This document shows, one piece after another, positions 10,080 to 18,013 of a DNA stretch of 38,814 nucleotides (its first letter is position 1; every line of letters starts with the position of its first letter). The position numbers were made by a program, and so were the translations under genes. The notes under the pieces were generated by a model, which ran no database searches, was not told where the DNA came from, and saw only the letters and a list, made by a program, of their open reading frames with translations. The DNA comes from Nitrospirota bacterium (GTDB taxonomy: Bacteria > Nitrospirota > Thermodesulfovibrionia > Thermodesulfovibrionales > Dissulfurispiraceae), in assembly GCA_040754455.1 (NCBI GenBank), contig JBFMCP010000032.1, positions 1-38,814 on the forward strand. Direction: 5' to 3'.

Positions 10080-11276
10080 CTACTCTCCTTTTATCGCCGC
10101 CAGCGGCTCCATCCGCTTGATGCGCTGGAGCGGCGAGAGGGCGCCGACGAGGCAGATCCCTGTGCCTATCACAAAACCTGCAAGGGCAACCATGGCGCGC
10201 TCCGTAAGACCCAGGTCCGACGACACACTCTTCAAGATAGTGAAGCTCTTTGCGAGCACCAGCGAGAGTGCCGTGCCCAGGGCGATTCCCAGTATACTGC
10301 CTGCGGCCCCTACCAGCACCACCTCAAAAATAAAGAGCCGCGCAACATGGGCCTCCTTTGCACCGATGGCCCTCATGATCCCCACTTCCCTCGCTCTCTC
10401 GTTTGCGATGGCGGAGAATATGGCCCAGACGAGAAAAGCGGCAAGCACCGAGGCAAGGCCTACCGTGAGGGCGAAGATCTGATTAATATCCCTGAGCGCG
10501 CTAACGAGATTCTTCCCGATGTCCTTTCTCGCGATGGTGTCCACCTCTATTATGGAATTCTCGATCTCGCCGGCTATCCTGTAGGGATCATAGCCTCTCT
10601 TCACCTTTGCGAACATGACCGAAATCTGCCCGGGCTTTATGCCCGATCGGCCTTTCCTTATGATGTCGTCGATATTGCCTTCATCGATAAAGAGGGCAGT
10701 ATCAAGGCCCGTTCCCGTTTTATCGAGCACGCCGACCATCTTGAACACGGTCCCGAACAGTACGCTGTCGACGTCCACAAGCCCCACGCTGATATTGAAG
10801 GCCGACTCGTTACCGACAATCGCCTCCCCTCTTTGGAGCTTTCTTCCCAGCTTCTTGATGAGCCAGGGCTTAATGACAAAGTCGGTATCCTGGTTGAAGG
10901 CGACAACAACCGTTTCGGGGACATCGCAGCAGAGTCCTGCCATGGTGATAAGATAGGTCTGATATGTCACCGCATCAACACCTTCGACCTTCTTTACCCG
11001 TTCCACAAGACCTTTATCCATGTAGAACGATTTCGTCCTGCTCTCGAGCAGCACATCCTCTGCAGCCCCTCTGGCACCCGAGGGCACGATGAGAATATCG
11101 GCACCCAGCCGGTCGGAAGTAAGCTTGATGCTCGCATCGACACGCCTGACAAAGGAAAGGGCAAAGACGAGGGAGGAAACAAACAGACCTATGGCGATTA
11201 TCAGGATCCCGGTCCTGAGCGGCTTTCTCCTGAGGTTCCTGAGCGCAAGCGAAAAGAGGGTGAATTCTTTCGACAT
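10080..11276 (-). CDS. ABC transporter permease, FtsX/MacB/LolC type, with a periplasmic Cys-Cys motif
   Basis: LALRNLRRKPLRT start, one N-terminal TM, a large periplasmic domain containing GLCCD, ERAREVGIMRAIGA, three C-terminal TMs. Confidence 0.92.
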   Translation of the reverse strand: MSKEFTLFSLALRNLRRKPLRTGILIIAIGLFVSSLVFALSFVRRVDASIKLTSDRLGADILIVPSGARGAAEDVLLESRTKSFYMDKGLVERVKKVEGVDAVTYQTYLITMAGLCCDVPETVVVAFNQDTDFVIKPWLIKKLGRKLQRGEAIVGNESAFNISVGLVDVDSVLFGTVFKMVGVLDKTGTGLDTALFIDEGNIDDIIRKGRSGIKPGQISVMFAKVKRGYDPYRIAGEIENSIIEVDTIARKDIGKNLVSALRDINQIFALTVGLASVLAAFLVWAIFSAIANERAREVGIMRAIGAKEAHVARLFIFEVVLVGAAGSILGIALGTALSLVLAKSFTILKSVSSDLGLTERAMVALAGFVIGTGICLVGALSPLQRIKRMEPLAAIKGE

Positions 11277-11352
11277 GATCGGATTATTATAACGGATTTA
11301 GACTCTTCTTTCTATGCGGCTTTCGCCGCATAGAAAGAAGAGTGAATGGAAT

Positions 11353-12495
11353 CTATTTCTTGTACACGCCGTCAAGGCCGCAGAGGATGGAGCTCTTGTC
11401 GCCGAGCCCCATGCCTTTATGACAGGCGAAACAGACCGAGGAAGTCTTGCCGACAACCTTTTTTGCCTCGACATCGTAAAGCTGGAGGGTGCCGTCGGTG
11501 ATCTTCTTGCCGGGAATCGGCTTCCCTTCACCGTCGCAGCCGTCGACATCGGACGTCCTCAGTGTCATAACGACATATTTGCTGTCAGGGGTAGGCATGG
11601 CGTCGTGGTTTTCTCCCCCGATGTTCGTCTTCTCATCTACCATCTTTAGGGTCTTGCCGTCGAGCACCCAGAGCCTGTCGCCGGCGGACTGGAAGATCAG
11701 TTTGTCGTCATGACTGAAGAACTCTCTGAAGGTGATGGTTTTACCCGGAACGCCGGTATGCGTGGCCCTTGCGAGCTCCTTGAACTTGCCTTTCTCAAGG
11801 GCCGCCATGTCGACCAGAATGAAATCCACCTTCCCGTTCGCCTTTCCATCTTCGCCCTTCATGACAACGGTGAGGAGGAATTTTTTCATATCGTTGGAAT
11901 TGATGCCGTGCAGGAATACATAGGTCCCGGACTTATACCCCAGATCACTGATAAACACCCTGTGCTTGTGCGTCAGGGTCGCCTTATCGAACACATCGAC
12001 ATATGCCTCATTGCCCATAAACACCGGCATGAAGTATTTCTTGGTCTGTCCTGATGCACAGTAGAGCGGCATCTTCTTCTCACCGCCAGTAGACCTCGGG
12101 TCAGGGGCCATCGCGACATCCTTGATCACATTGCCGGTCCTCAGGTCGGTCTTGCCGACATGCTGTTTGCCGTTCGGATCGATCTTGTACGTCGACCAGA
12201 ACATGATATTGGGATCATTAACATCGATCCGCGCATCATGGGTAGGATGTGTATTCTTATCGCCGATCACCACCCTGTCGAGACCCGCGACTTTTATCGG
12301 ATTGTCGGCATTGTTCGGATCGATGGTTATGTCCGCCTTTGCAAAGTGGCCGCCCATCCCTGCAATATACAGCGTGCCTGAATACGTTTTTTTGCCTGCC
12401 GCTGCAACAGGTGTCTTGGCGTCAACAACACTGAACACGAGATAGCCGACAAGCGCAACAACCATTACCCCCACTACGATAAAGCTTTTTCTCAT
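11353..12495 (-). CDS. Secreted or membrane-anchored His-rich putative beta-propeller protein with one C-terminal CxxCH
   Basis: Hydrophobic N-terminus; propeller-like repeats (VDVFDKATL, FSHDDKLIF, LWVLDGKTLKMV, PTPDSKYVV, LYDVEAKKVV); CFACH near the C-terminus. The fold is inferred. Confidence 0.65.
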   Translation of the reverse strand: MRKSFIVVGVMVVALVGYLVFSVVDAKTPVAAAGKKTYSGTLYIAGMGGHFAKADITIDPNNADNPIKVAGLDRVVIGDKNTHPTHDARIDVNDPNIMFWSTYKIDPNGKQHVGKTDLRTGNVIKDVAMAPDPRSTGGEKKMPLYCASGQTKKYFMPVFMGNEAYVDVFDKATLTHKHRVFISDLGYKSGTYVFLHGINSNDMKKFLLTVVMKGEDGKANGKVDFILVDMAALEKGKFKELARATHTGVPGKTITFREFFSHDDKLIFQSAGDRLWVLDGKTLKMVDEKTNIGGENHDAMPTPDSKYVVMTLRTSDVDGCDGEGKPIPGKKITDGTLQLYDVEAKKVVGKTSSVCFACHKGMGLGDKSSILCGLDGVYKK

Positions 12496-12654
12496 ATCTC
12501 CTCCTCCCCTGGTTTTAGATGCTTAAATTATGGACAAATCTCTGCACGTGCATTATTGGTAGGTGATTTCTTCAGGACCTCCTTTCACTGTAAATAACTT
12601 ACCTTTTTTAACATACGTCTAAACTCAAGTCAACTTGAAATTTTAAATGTAGTC

Positions 12655-13149
12655 CTAATAGTGATACGGCTTGTCAGGGGCCTTTGTAACCTGCACCCGT
12701 ACCAGCCTCTCGCCTGACCGCTCAAAAATCAGGATAAGGGGTAGTTCAGCACCCTTTTTAATATCCTTGGGAAGCTTGAAAATCATTATATGCATCCCCC
12801 CGGGCTTGAGTTCCACCGTACTGCCCGAAGGTATAGGTAGCCGCTCCTTTTTAATCATTTTCCCGTCCCTGGTGTCGTGCAGCTCAGCAAAGGCGCCCTG
12901 AATGCCTGCCCGCACTCCGACGAGAGCGTCACTGCCATTTCCCGTATTATGGACGCTCATAAATACCGATCCGACGCCGAGCATGGCCGCCGATATCCAG
13001 GCCTCCTGTCCGTCAATAGTGATCTGAGGCTCTCCCCCTGCTCCGCACGCGTTCAGGAAGGTCACCGCCAGAAGAGCGACCAACGCTCCAAGAACGCGAA
13101 TCCATGGTGCACGGGATTTTTTTTGTGGGACAGGCAACAGAAAGCGCAT
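12655..13149 (-). CDS. Copper chaperone PCu(A)C family lipoprotein
   Basis: LNAC lipobox; H-x6-M-x21-H-x-M Cu motif (ELHDTRDGKM...LKPGGMHIM). Confidence 0.92.
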   Translation of the reverse strand: MRFLLPVPQKKSRAPWIRVLGALVALLAVTFLNACGAGGEPQITIDGQEAWISAAMLGVGSVFMSVHNTGNGSDALVGVRAGIQGAFAELHDTRDGKMIKKERLPIPSGSTVELKPGGMHIMIFKLPKDIKKGAELPLILIFERSGERLVRVQVTKAPDKPYHY

Positions 13150-13164
13150 ATATTCCTTAGTCTG

Positions 13165-13626
13165 CTATTTCCGTTTTGGCACAGAGAGCTTGCTATAGGG
13201 AACAACATTTCCCTTACCCGCCTCTGCGACAAAACGCTCGGCGCTCTGCTTGTCCTTGAATGCGATAATGTCGTAGCCCATCGGTGTCTTGACCCCTGAT
13301 TCGACCACAAAAGAGGCGTTTTCGATAGCGACAGACTCTGCGGTGTTGTAATCGAACACCTCCGCATTACTTTCGAAACTCATCAGCTTTGATGCGCACA
13401 GTTCCTCTCTCCAGATGAGGGCGCAGCCGATATCGTCAAATGCGGCCTTTTCGTTGCTTTTTGCATCGACGACCGAAAACCGCTTATTGCTTTCTTCGAT
13501 GTTCATGTTGCATACGCTGCAGACTGCTGGCGGTGCAGCTTCAGCCCTTGCCGGATAGAGCATAATGGGACTACATGATAGGACCGCCGCTAAAAGCAGC
13601 CCGGTGAAAAGATAATATCTTTTCAT
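13165..13626 (-). CDS. NosL-family copper chaperone
   Basis: Signal peptide, CSVCNM, FDDIGC, TPMGYDIIAF...AERF. Confidence 0.88.
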   Translation of the reverse strand: MKRYYLFTGLLLAAVLSCSPIMLYPARAEAAPPAVCSVCNMNIEESNKRFSVVDAKSNEKAAFDDIGCALIWREELCASKLMSFESNAEVFDYNTAESVAIENASFVVESGVKTPMGYDIIAFKDKQSAERFVAEAGKGNVVPYSKLSVPKRK

Positions 13627-13697
13627 AAACGCCTCCCCTCGTTTGTTTTATTTTAATTCATAATGCAGCGCCGGGATTTTTGCTCCTATTCTATATA

Positions 13698-14120
13698 TTA
13701 TGGTTCCTTGAGGACAAGCCGGAGCCTGAAACCAGCATCGGCATACGCATCACGCCGCTTTATCAGAAGCCACTCCTTCTCCTTGTCTTTCATCCTCGTC
13801 AGCACAAAAGCGCCCTTCAGCTTCTTTCCTTTTAACTGAAATTCGATTTTTCCGGCAGCAATGCTTCCGCTTATCAGGGTAAATGAGCCGGTGTCCCATA
13901 TGGCGACCTCCCCGGCGCCGTATAAGCCCTCGGGGATAGTGCCCTCGAAAAAACCGTACTCGAGGGGATGGTCCTCGACCATGACAGCAAGCCGCTTGTC
14001 AGCAGGGTTCATCGAGGGGCCTTTGGGGACGGCCCAGGATTTGAGCACCCCCTCCATCTCGAGCCTGAAGTCAAAATGGAGGTGGCGGGCATGGTGTTCA
14101 TGGACAACAAACTTCGGCAT
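13698..14120 (-). CDS. Standalone LigD-type 3'-phosphoesterase domain protein
   Basis: FVVHEHHARHLHFDFRLE, LKSWAVPKGP, KRLAVMVEDHPLEY, YGAG, IWDTG. Start reset to ATG at 14120. Confidence 0.92.
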   Translation of the reverse strand: MPKFVVHEHHARHLHFDFRLEMEGVLKSWAVPKGPSMNPADKRLAVMVEDHPLEYGFFEGTIPEGLYGAGEVAIWDTGSFTLISGSIAAGKIEFQLKGKKLKGAFVLTRMKDKEKEWLLIKRRDAYADAGFRLRLVLKEP

Positions 14121-14298
14121 ATCATGAGCATACCGAAAAAACGAGGGGGAATGCAAAATTTTCTCATCATAGATAAATGAATGAGGCGTTTGGGACATAT
14201 AATAACCACCACCAGAGGCGGGAACGGATTTCATATCTTATTGTTAACTGTTTTTATTATGTTTTTTATCAAGAATAGTTTAATAGTTTAGAAATCTC

Positions 14299-14328
14299 TT
14301 GACAATCCATCGTATAATCGTATATAAA
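14299..14328 (+). promoter_or_regulatory. Promoter of the ArsR operon, probably giving a leaderless transcript
   Basis: TTGACA (14299-14304), 18 nt, TATAAA (14323-14328). A tandem ATCGTATA repeat overlaps the spacer and -10, and no SD precedes the ATGs at 14330/14336. Confidence 0.55.
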
Positions 14329-14329
14329 T

Positions 14330-14758
14330 ATGTTTATGCAAGAAATGCTCGAAATTCTCAAGCTCCTCTCCGATGAATCGCGGCTCAGGATCCTCATGCT
14401 TCTGGAGAAAAAGGAACTCTGTGTCTGCCAGATCATGGGTGTCCTCAATATTTCACAGCCGCTGGTTTCCCGGAACCTCTCCCTCCTGGCAAAAGCCGGC
14501 TTTCTCAAAGACCGGAGGGAAGGCAAGTTGATGTTCTACAGCGTCAAAAAAAAGCTTCCCCTGAAGCACAATCTCGTCCTGTCGGTCTTGAAAGAGACTT
14601 TAAAGGATGATAAAGTTGCATTGAAAGATGCGGCTTCGCTGAAGGACTGCGAGGAGTTCCAGAAAATTACCGGCAAGTGCGGGATGGAGACGTTCCGCGC
14701 ATACATAGAGCATAAAGAGAAAATGAAAAGGAGACAGAAAAGTGTTGTTGGAATTTAA
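14330..14758 (+). CDS. ArsR/SmtB-family transcriptional regulator
   Basis: LSDESRLRIL, ELCVC, SQPLVSRNL, RREGK..FY, plus two further C-terminal Cys. The true start may be 14336. Confidence 0.93.
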   Translation: MFMQEMLEILKLLSDESRLRILMLLEKKELCVCQIMGVLNISQPLVSRNLSLLAKAGFLKDRREGKLMFYSVKKKLPLKHNLVLSVLKETLKDDKVALKDAASLKDCEEFQKITGKCGMETFRAYIEHKEKMKRRQKSVVGI

Positions 14759-15410
14759 AAAGAAAAGGAGCAGGCTCCAGGCCTATACATGGTATGGACT
14801 CCCCCTGGTCATCATCGGCGGATGGATATACCCGAAGCTCGGATACTTTCTCCTTGCCTGCATGTTCGGCGCCATCGGCATTGCCTTTTACAAAGGCAGG
14901 GCATGGTGTGACTGGATGTGCCCGCGCGGAAGTTTCTACGACCTCTTCTTGCAGAAGATCAGTGCACAGAAAACCATACCACCGCTCTTCAGAAAAAAGA
15001 GCTTCCGCATCTTCGTGCTCGCGACAATGTTGAGCGTTCTCGGCTCCCAGATCTATTTTGCCTGGCCTGATATAGACGGTATAGGCATGGCGATGGTCAA
15101 GCTGCTCACCGTTACGACCATCATAGGCATCATCCTCGGCGCACTCTACCAGCAGCGCGTTTGGTGCCATATCTGTCCCATGGGCACGCTGGGCAACTAT
15201 ATCGCCGACGGCAAAAAGCCGCTCATGATCGACAACTCCTGCATCAGCTGCAAGACATGCTCAAAAGCCTGCCCCATGCAGCTGGCACCCTATCGGTTCA
15301 AAGAGAAGGGCATGATGGGCGACAATGACTGCATCAAGTGCTCCTCCTGTGTCGCCGTCTGCCCGAAAAAGGCGCTTGTTTTCGACGGGTCGATAAAGAA
15401 GGCCGCATAA
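14742..15410 (+). CDS. Membrane 4Fe-4S-binding protein (NapH/MauN-like polyferredoxin)
   Basis: TM helices, CDWMCP and CHICP motifs, two CxxCxxCxxxCP motifs; GTG start after AAGGAG. Confidence 0.88.
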   Translation: MLLEFKKKRSRLQAYTWYGLPLVIIGGWIYPKLGYFLLACMFGAIGIAFYKGRAWCDWMCPRGSFYDLFLQKISAQKTIPPLFRKKSFRIFVLATMLSVLGSQIYFAWPDIDGIGMAMVKLLTVTTIIGIILGALYQQRVWCHICPMGTLGNYIADGKKPLMIDNSCISCKTCSKACPMQLAPYRFKEKGMMGDNDCIKCSSCVAVCPKKALVFDGSIKKAA

Positions 15411-15434
15411 AGAGGTCAGGAGGTTGGTTGAGCG

Positions 15435-16772
15435 ATGATGAAATACGGAATAGTTGCCCTCATGGTGGTCGCCCTGTTTTCAGGCACCGGGTCCTGCGCT
15501 GAAAACAAAGTTACGCTTGCCGAAGCGATCAAGATCGCCCTTGAACGCAACCATGAAATAAAGGCACATCAGCATGCACTCTCGGCACAGTACCAGGACA
15601 TCGGTATCGCCCGGAGCTTTCTGCTTCCGAAAGTAATCTTTGAAGAGCGGTTTCTGCGCACGAATAACCCCACCTATTCTTTTATGGCAAAGCTGAACCA
15701 GGAGCGATTTACGACCGACGATTTTGCCATTGGCTCTCTGAATAACCCGAAGCCTCTGAGCGATTTTCAGACATCCCTCTCCTTTGAGCAACTGCTTTTT
15801 GTCCCCAAGGCAAACGTCGGCCTCGGAATGGCAAAGCTCGAATACGCTGCGCAGGATAATGATTACCGGAGGAAAAGAGAAGAGATTGCTTTTAAAGTAT
15901 CACGGACGTTCCTCATGGTAACTACCGCACAGGAATATGTGAAAGCCGCCCGTCAAACCGTTGAGGATACCAAAGAGCACTTGAGGATAGCGGAATTGAG
16001 GTACGATTCAGGCCTCGGTCTCTATTCCGATGTCTTACGGGCATCGACAGCAGTCACTGATGCAGAGCAGCGACTGGTTAGCGCTCAAAAAAATCTGGAC
16101 GTGGCAAAAAGGGCATTGGGCCTGCTGCTCGGCATGACCGAAGCAGTTGAAGCAGCTGAAGAGACGGTCATGGTACCCCTCATGGACCTCTCCTACTACA
16201 ATAATGCCTCACTCTCGAGAAACGATGTCCGGGCACTCACGGCCCGGTTTGAGAATACAAAGAAGAGCGTGAAACTCGCTGAGGCGGGATACCTTCCCAC
16301 AGTAGGCATCGGCGGCACCTACCAGCTCAACGATCACCGGAAGCCGATCGGATCAGAGGGCGACAGCTGGCAGCTTATGGCATTTCTGAGATGGGAACTC
16401 TTCGACGGAACGAAACGGGAACATGAACGGGCCAAGGCGAAATCACGGGTCGCCGAGACCCAGGAATATCTGGAAGGGCTCAGGGATGCAGTTTCATTCC
16501 AGGTCTATGAATCCTATCTCGGCGTGAACGAGGCAAAAAAAAACGCCGAACTCTCTCAATCAGCGCTCAAAACCGCTGAAGAGGGGAGGCGGCTGGTGCA
16601 GGTGCGTTACGAGAATTCTTTATCTCCACTGATCGACCTTCTGGATGCGCAGACAAGCCTCGACCACGCACGGGCCAGCGCCGTTGCACGGGAGAATGAG
16701 TATACTACCGCTGTTCTCAATCTGAGCTACCAAAGCGGAACGATTCTCAAAGATCTGAAGATAGAGGAATGA
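15435..16772 (+). CDS. TolC-family outer membrane efflux protein
   Basis: TLAEAIKIALERN, duplicated OEP repeats (RYDSGL, RYENSL, DLLDAQ). Confidence 0.92.
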   Translation: MMKYGIVALMVVALFSGTGSCAENKVTLAEAIKIALERNHEIKAHQHALSAQYQDIGIARSFLLPKVIFEERFLRTNNPTYSFMAKLNQERFTTDDFAIGSLNNPKPLSDFQTSLSFEQLLFVPKANVGLGMAKLEYAAQDNDYRRKREEIAFKVSRTFLMVTTAQEYVKAARQTVEDTKEHLRIAELRYDSGLGLYSDVLRASTAVTDAEQRLVSAQKNLDVAKRALGLLLGMTEAVEAAEETVMVPLMDLSYYNNASLSRNDVRALTARFENTKKSVKLAEAGYLPTVGIGGTYQLNDHRKPIGSEGDSWQLMAFLRWELFDGTKREHERAKAKSRVAETQEYLEGLRDAVSFQVYESYLGVNEAKKNAELSQSALKTAEEGRRLVQVRYENSLSPLIDLLDAQTSLDHARASAVARENEYTTAVLNLSYQSGTILKDLKIEE

Positions 16773-16783
16773 TGGAGGAAAGA

Positions 16784-18007
16784 ATGAAAAGGAGTCAGAA
16801 TTCAGAATTCAGAATTCAGAATTCAAAAGCCGTCCCCGACGAAAAACGTCAGAGAGCGCCGCTTCCCTTAAAAGCTCATTCCAGGAATTCAAAAAGTCTT
16901 CTCTTTTTTGTTTTATTCTGGCTTCTGACTTCTGTGATGTCCGGTTGTTCGGACAAGATCAAGCCCGGTAGTGCAGAAGTAAAGCGGCCGGTCGTCACCG
17001 GCATTACCGTCACCGAAGTCAACCCGGCACTGATCGACGATTATTACGAAACATCGGGAACAATCAAGGCAAGAACCATAAGCATGGTCGCCAGCAGGGT
17101 AATGGGGACCGTCACCACGATCAAGGTGCGGGAAGGCGACAGGGTCCGTGCAGGGCAGGTGCTGATGACCATCGACGACAGGGACAGCGCGCAGCGGGTC
17201 CGTGCTGCTGAAAAGGCCCTCGAGGCGGCGGAGCAGCAGCGGTCGCTTACCGATATCACCTACCAGCGATATAAAAAGCTGTATGACGGCAGGGCAGTAT
17301 CCCGGCAGGAGCTCGATCAGATCGAAACCGGGAAAAAGGTCGCCGAGAGCGAGTACGAACGGGCAAAAGCGATGCTCGCCGAAATGCGGATCAACCACGG
17401 CTTTTCGCGGATCACTGCCCCGACATCGGGTGTGGTGACCGAGAAAAGAATAGAAACCGGCAGCATGGCGGTGCCGGGGACGCCGCTCCTCGTTGTCGAA
17501 GACACTTCCTCATATCAACTTGAGGCACACCTCGACGAGAGCATCCTGAACAGGATCAGCATGGGAATGCCCGTTACGGTCATCATCGAATCGATAGGAA
17601 AACAGATCGAAGGCAGGGTTGTGGAAATCGTCCCCTCTGTTGATCCTATGTCACGGACCTTTCTGGTGAAAATAAGTGTTGCGGGACCGCTCCTGAAAAC
17701 AGGACTCTATGCAAAAGCACGGGTACCAGTGGGAAAAAAAGAGGCGATAGTCGTGCCTGAGCGCGCCGTGGTCGAAAAAGGGCAGCTCACCGGCGTCTAT
17801 GTCGTCGATTCGCAGGGAATCATTTCCTACCGGCTGGTGCGATTAGGCAGGAATTATAACGGCGTTACTGAGATCGTATCCGGATTGAATCCCCGTGACA
17901 GCGTCATCATCGATGGTACGAACAGGGCAATCGACGGCGGCATCGCACGCAATGTTCAGCGCATAGCCTCCGGGAACACTGCGCCTTCCGCTGCACCGCA
18001 GAGGTAA
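16784..18007 (+). CDS. RND efflux periplasmic adaptor (MFP) lipoprotein
   Basis: MSGC lipobox, V.EGD.V.AGQ.L lipoyl half-motifs, ITAPTSGVV, VDPMSRTF. ATG at 16784 follows GGAGG (alternative start 16769). Confidence 0.92.
   Translation: MKRSQNSEFRIQNSKAVPDEKRQRAPLPLKAHSRNSKSLLFFVLFWLLTSVMSGCSDKIKPGSAEVKRPVVTGITVTEVNPALIDDYYETSGTIKARTISMVASRVMGTVTTIKVREGDRVRAGQVLMTIDDRDSAQRVRAAEKALEAAEQQRSLTDITYQRYKKLYDGRAVSRQELDQIETGKKVAESEYERAKAMLAEMRINHGFSRITAPTSGVVTEKRIETGSMAVPGTPLLVVEDTSSYQLEAHLDESILNRISMGMPVTVIIESIGKQIEGRVVEIVPSVDPMSRTFLVKISVAGPLLKTGLYAKARVPVGKKEAIVVPERAVVEKGQLTGVYVVDSQGIISYRLVRLGRNYNGVTEIVSGLNPRDSVIIDGTNRAIDGGIARNVQRIASGNTAPSAAPQR
16795..16934. repeat. Heptamer tandem repeat (TCAGAAT x4) with an inverted degenerate counterpart, inside the 5' end of the MFP gene
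   Basis: TCAGAAT x4 at 16795-16822; ATTCTG GCTTCTG ACTTCTG at 16915-16934. Confidence 0.8.
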
Positions 18008-18013
18008 TCATCG

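Noticed and set aside
9873..11333. 486-aa plus-strand ORF (similarly 8014-8886, 31800-32834, 34729-35901, 36754-37710, and minus-strand 19550-20443)
   Set aside because: These are antisense shadows of well-supported genes, with no recognisable motifs; they are expected in GC-rich coding DNA.
12500..12590. Small ORF after an orphan AAAGGAGGT on the minus strand
   Set aside because: The nearest ATG is more than 20 nt from the SD and gives only a 12-aa peptide; unsupported.
11353..13626. Nitrous oxide reductase (nos) cluster
   Set aside because: NosL-like and ABC genes are present, but the 380-aa protein is too short for NosZ and lacks a CuA domain. There is no nosD, and the permease is FtsX-type rather than NosY.
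16795..16822. CRISPR array (also considered 34567-34658 and 36087-36165)
   Set aside because: The units are 7-8 nt in tandem with no unique spacers, and there are no cas genes.
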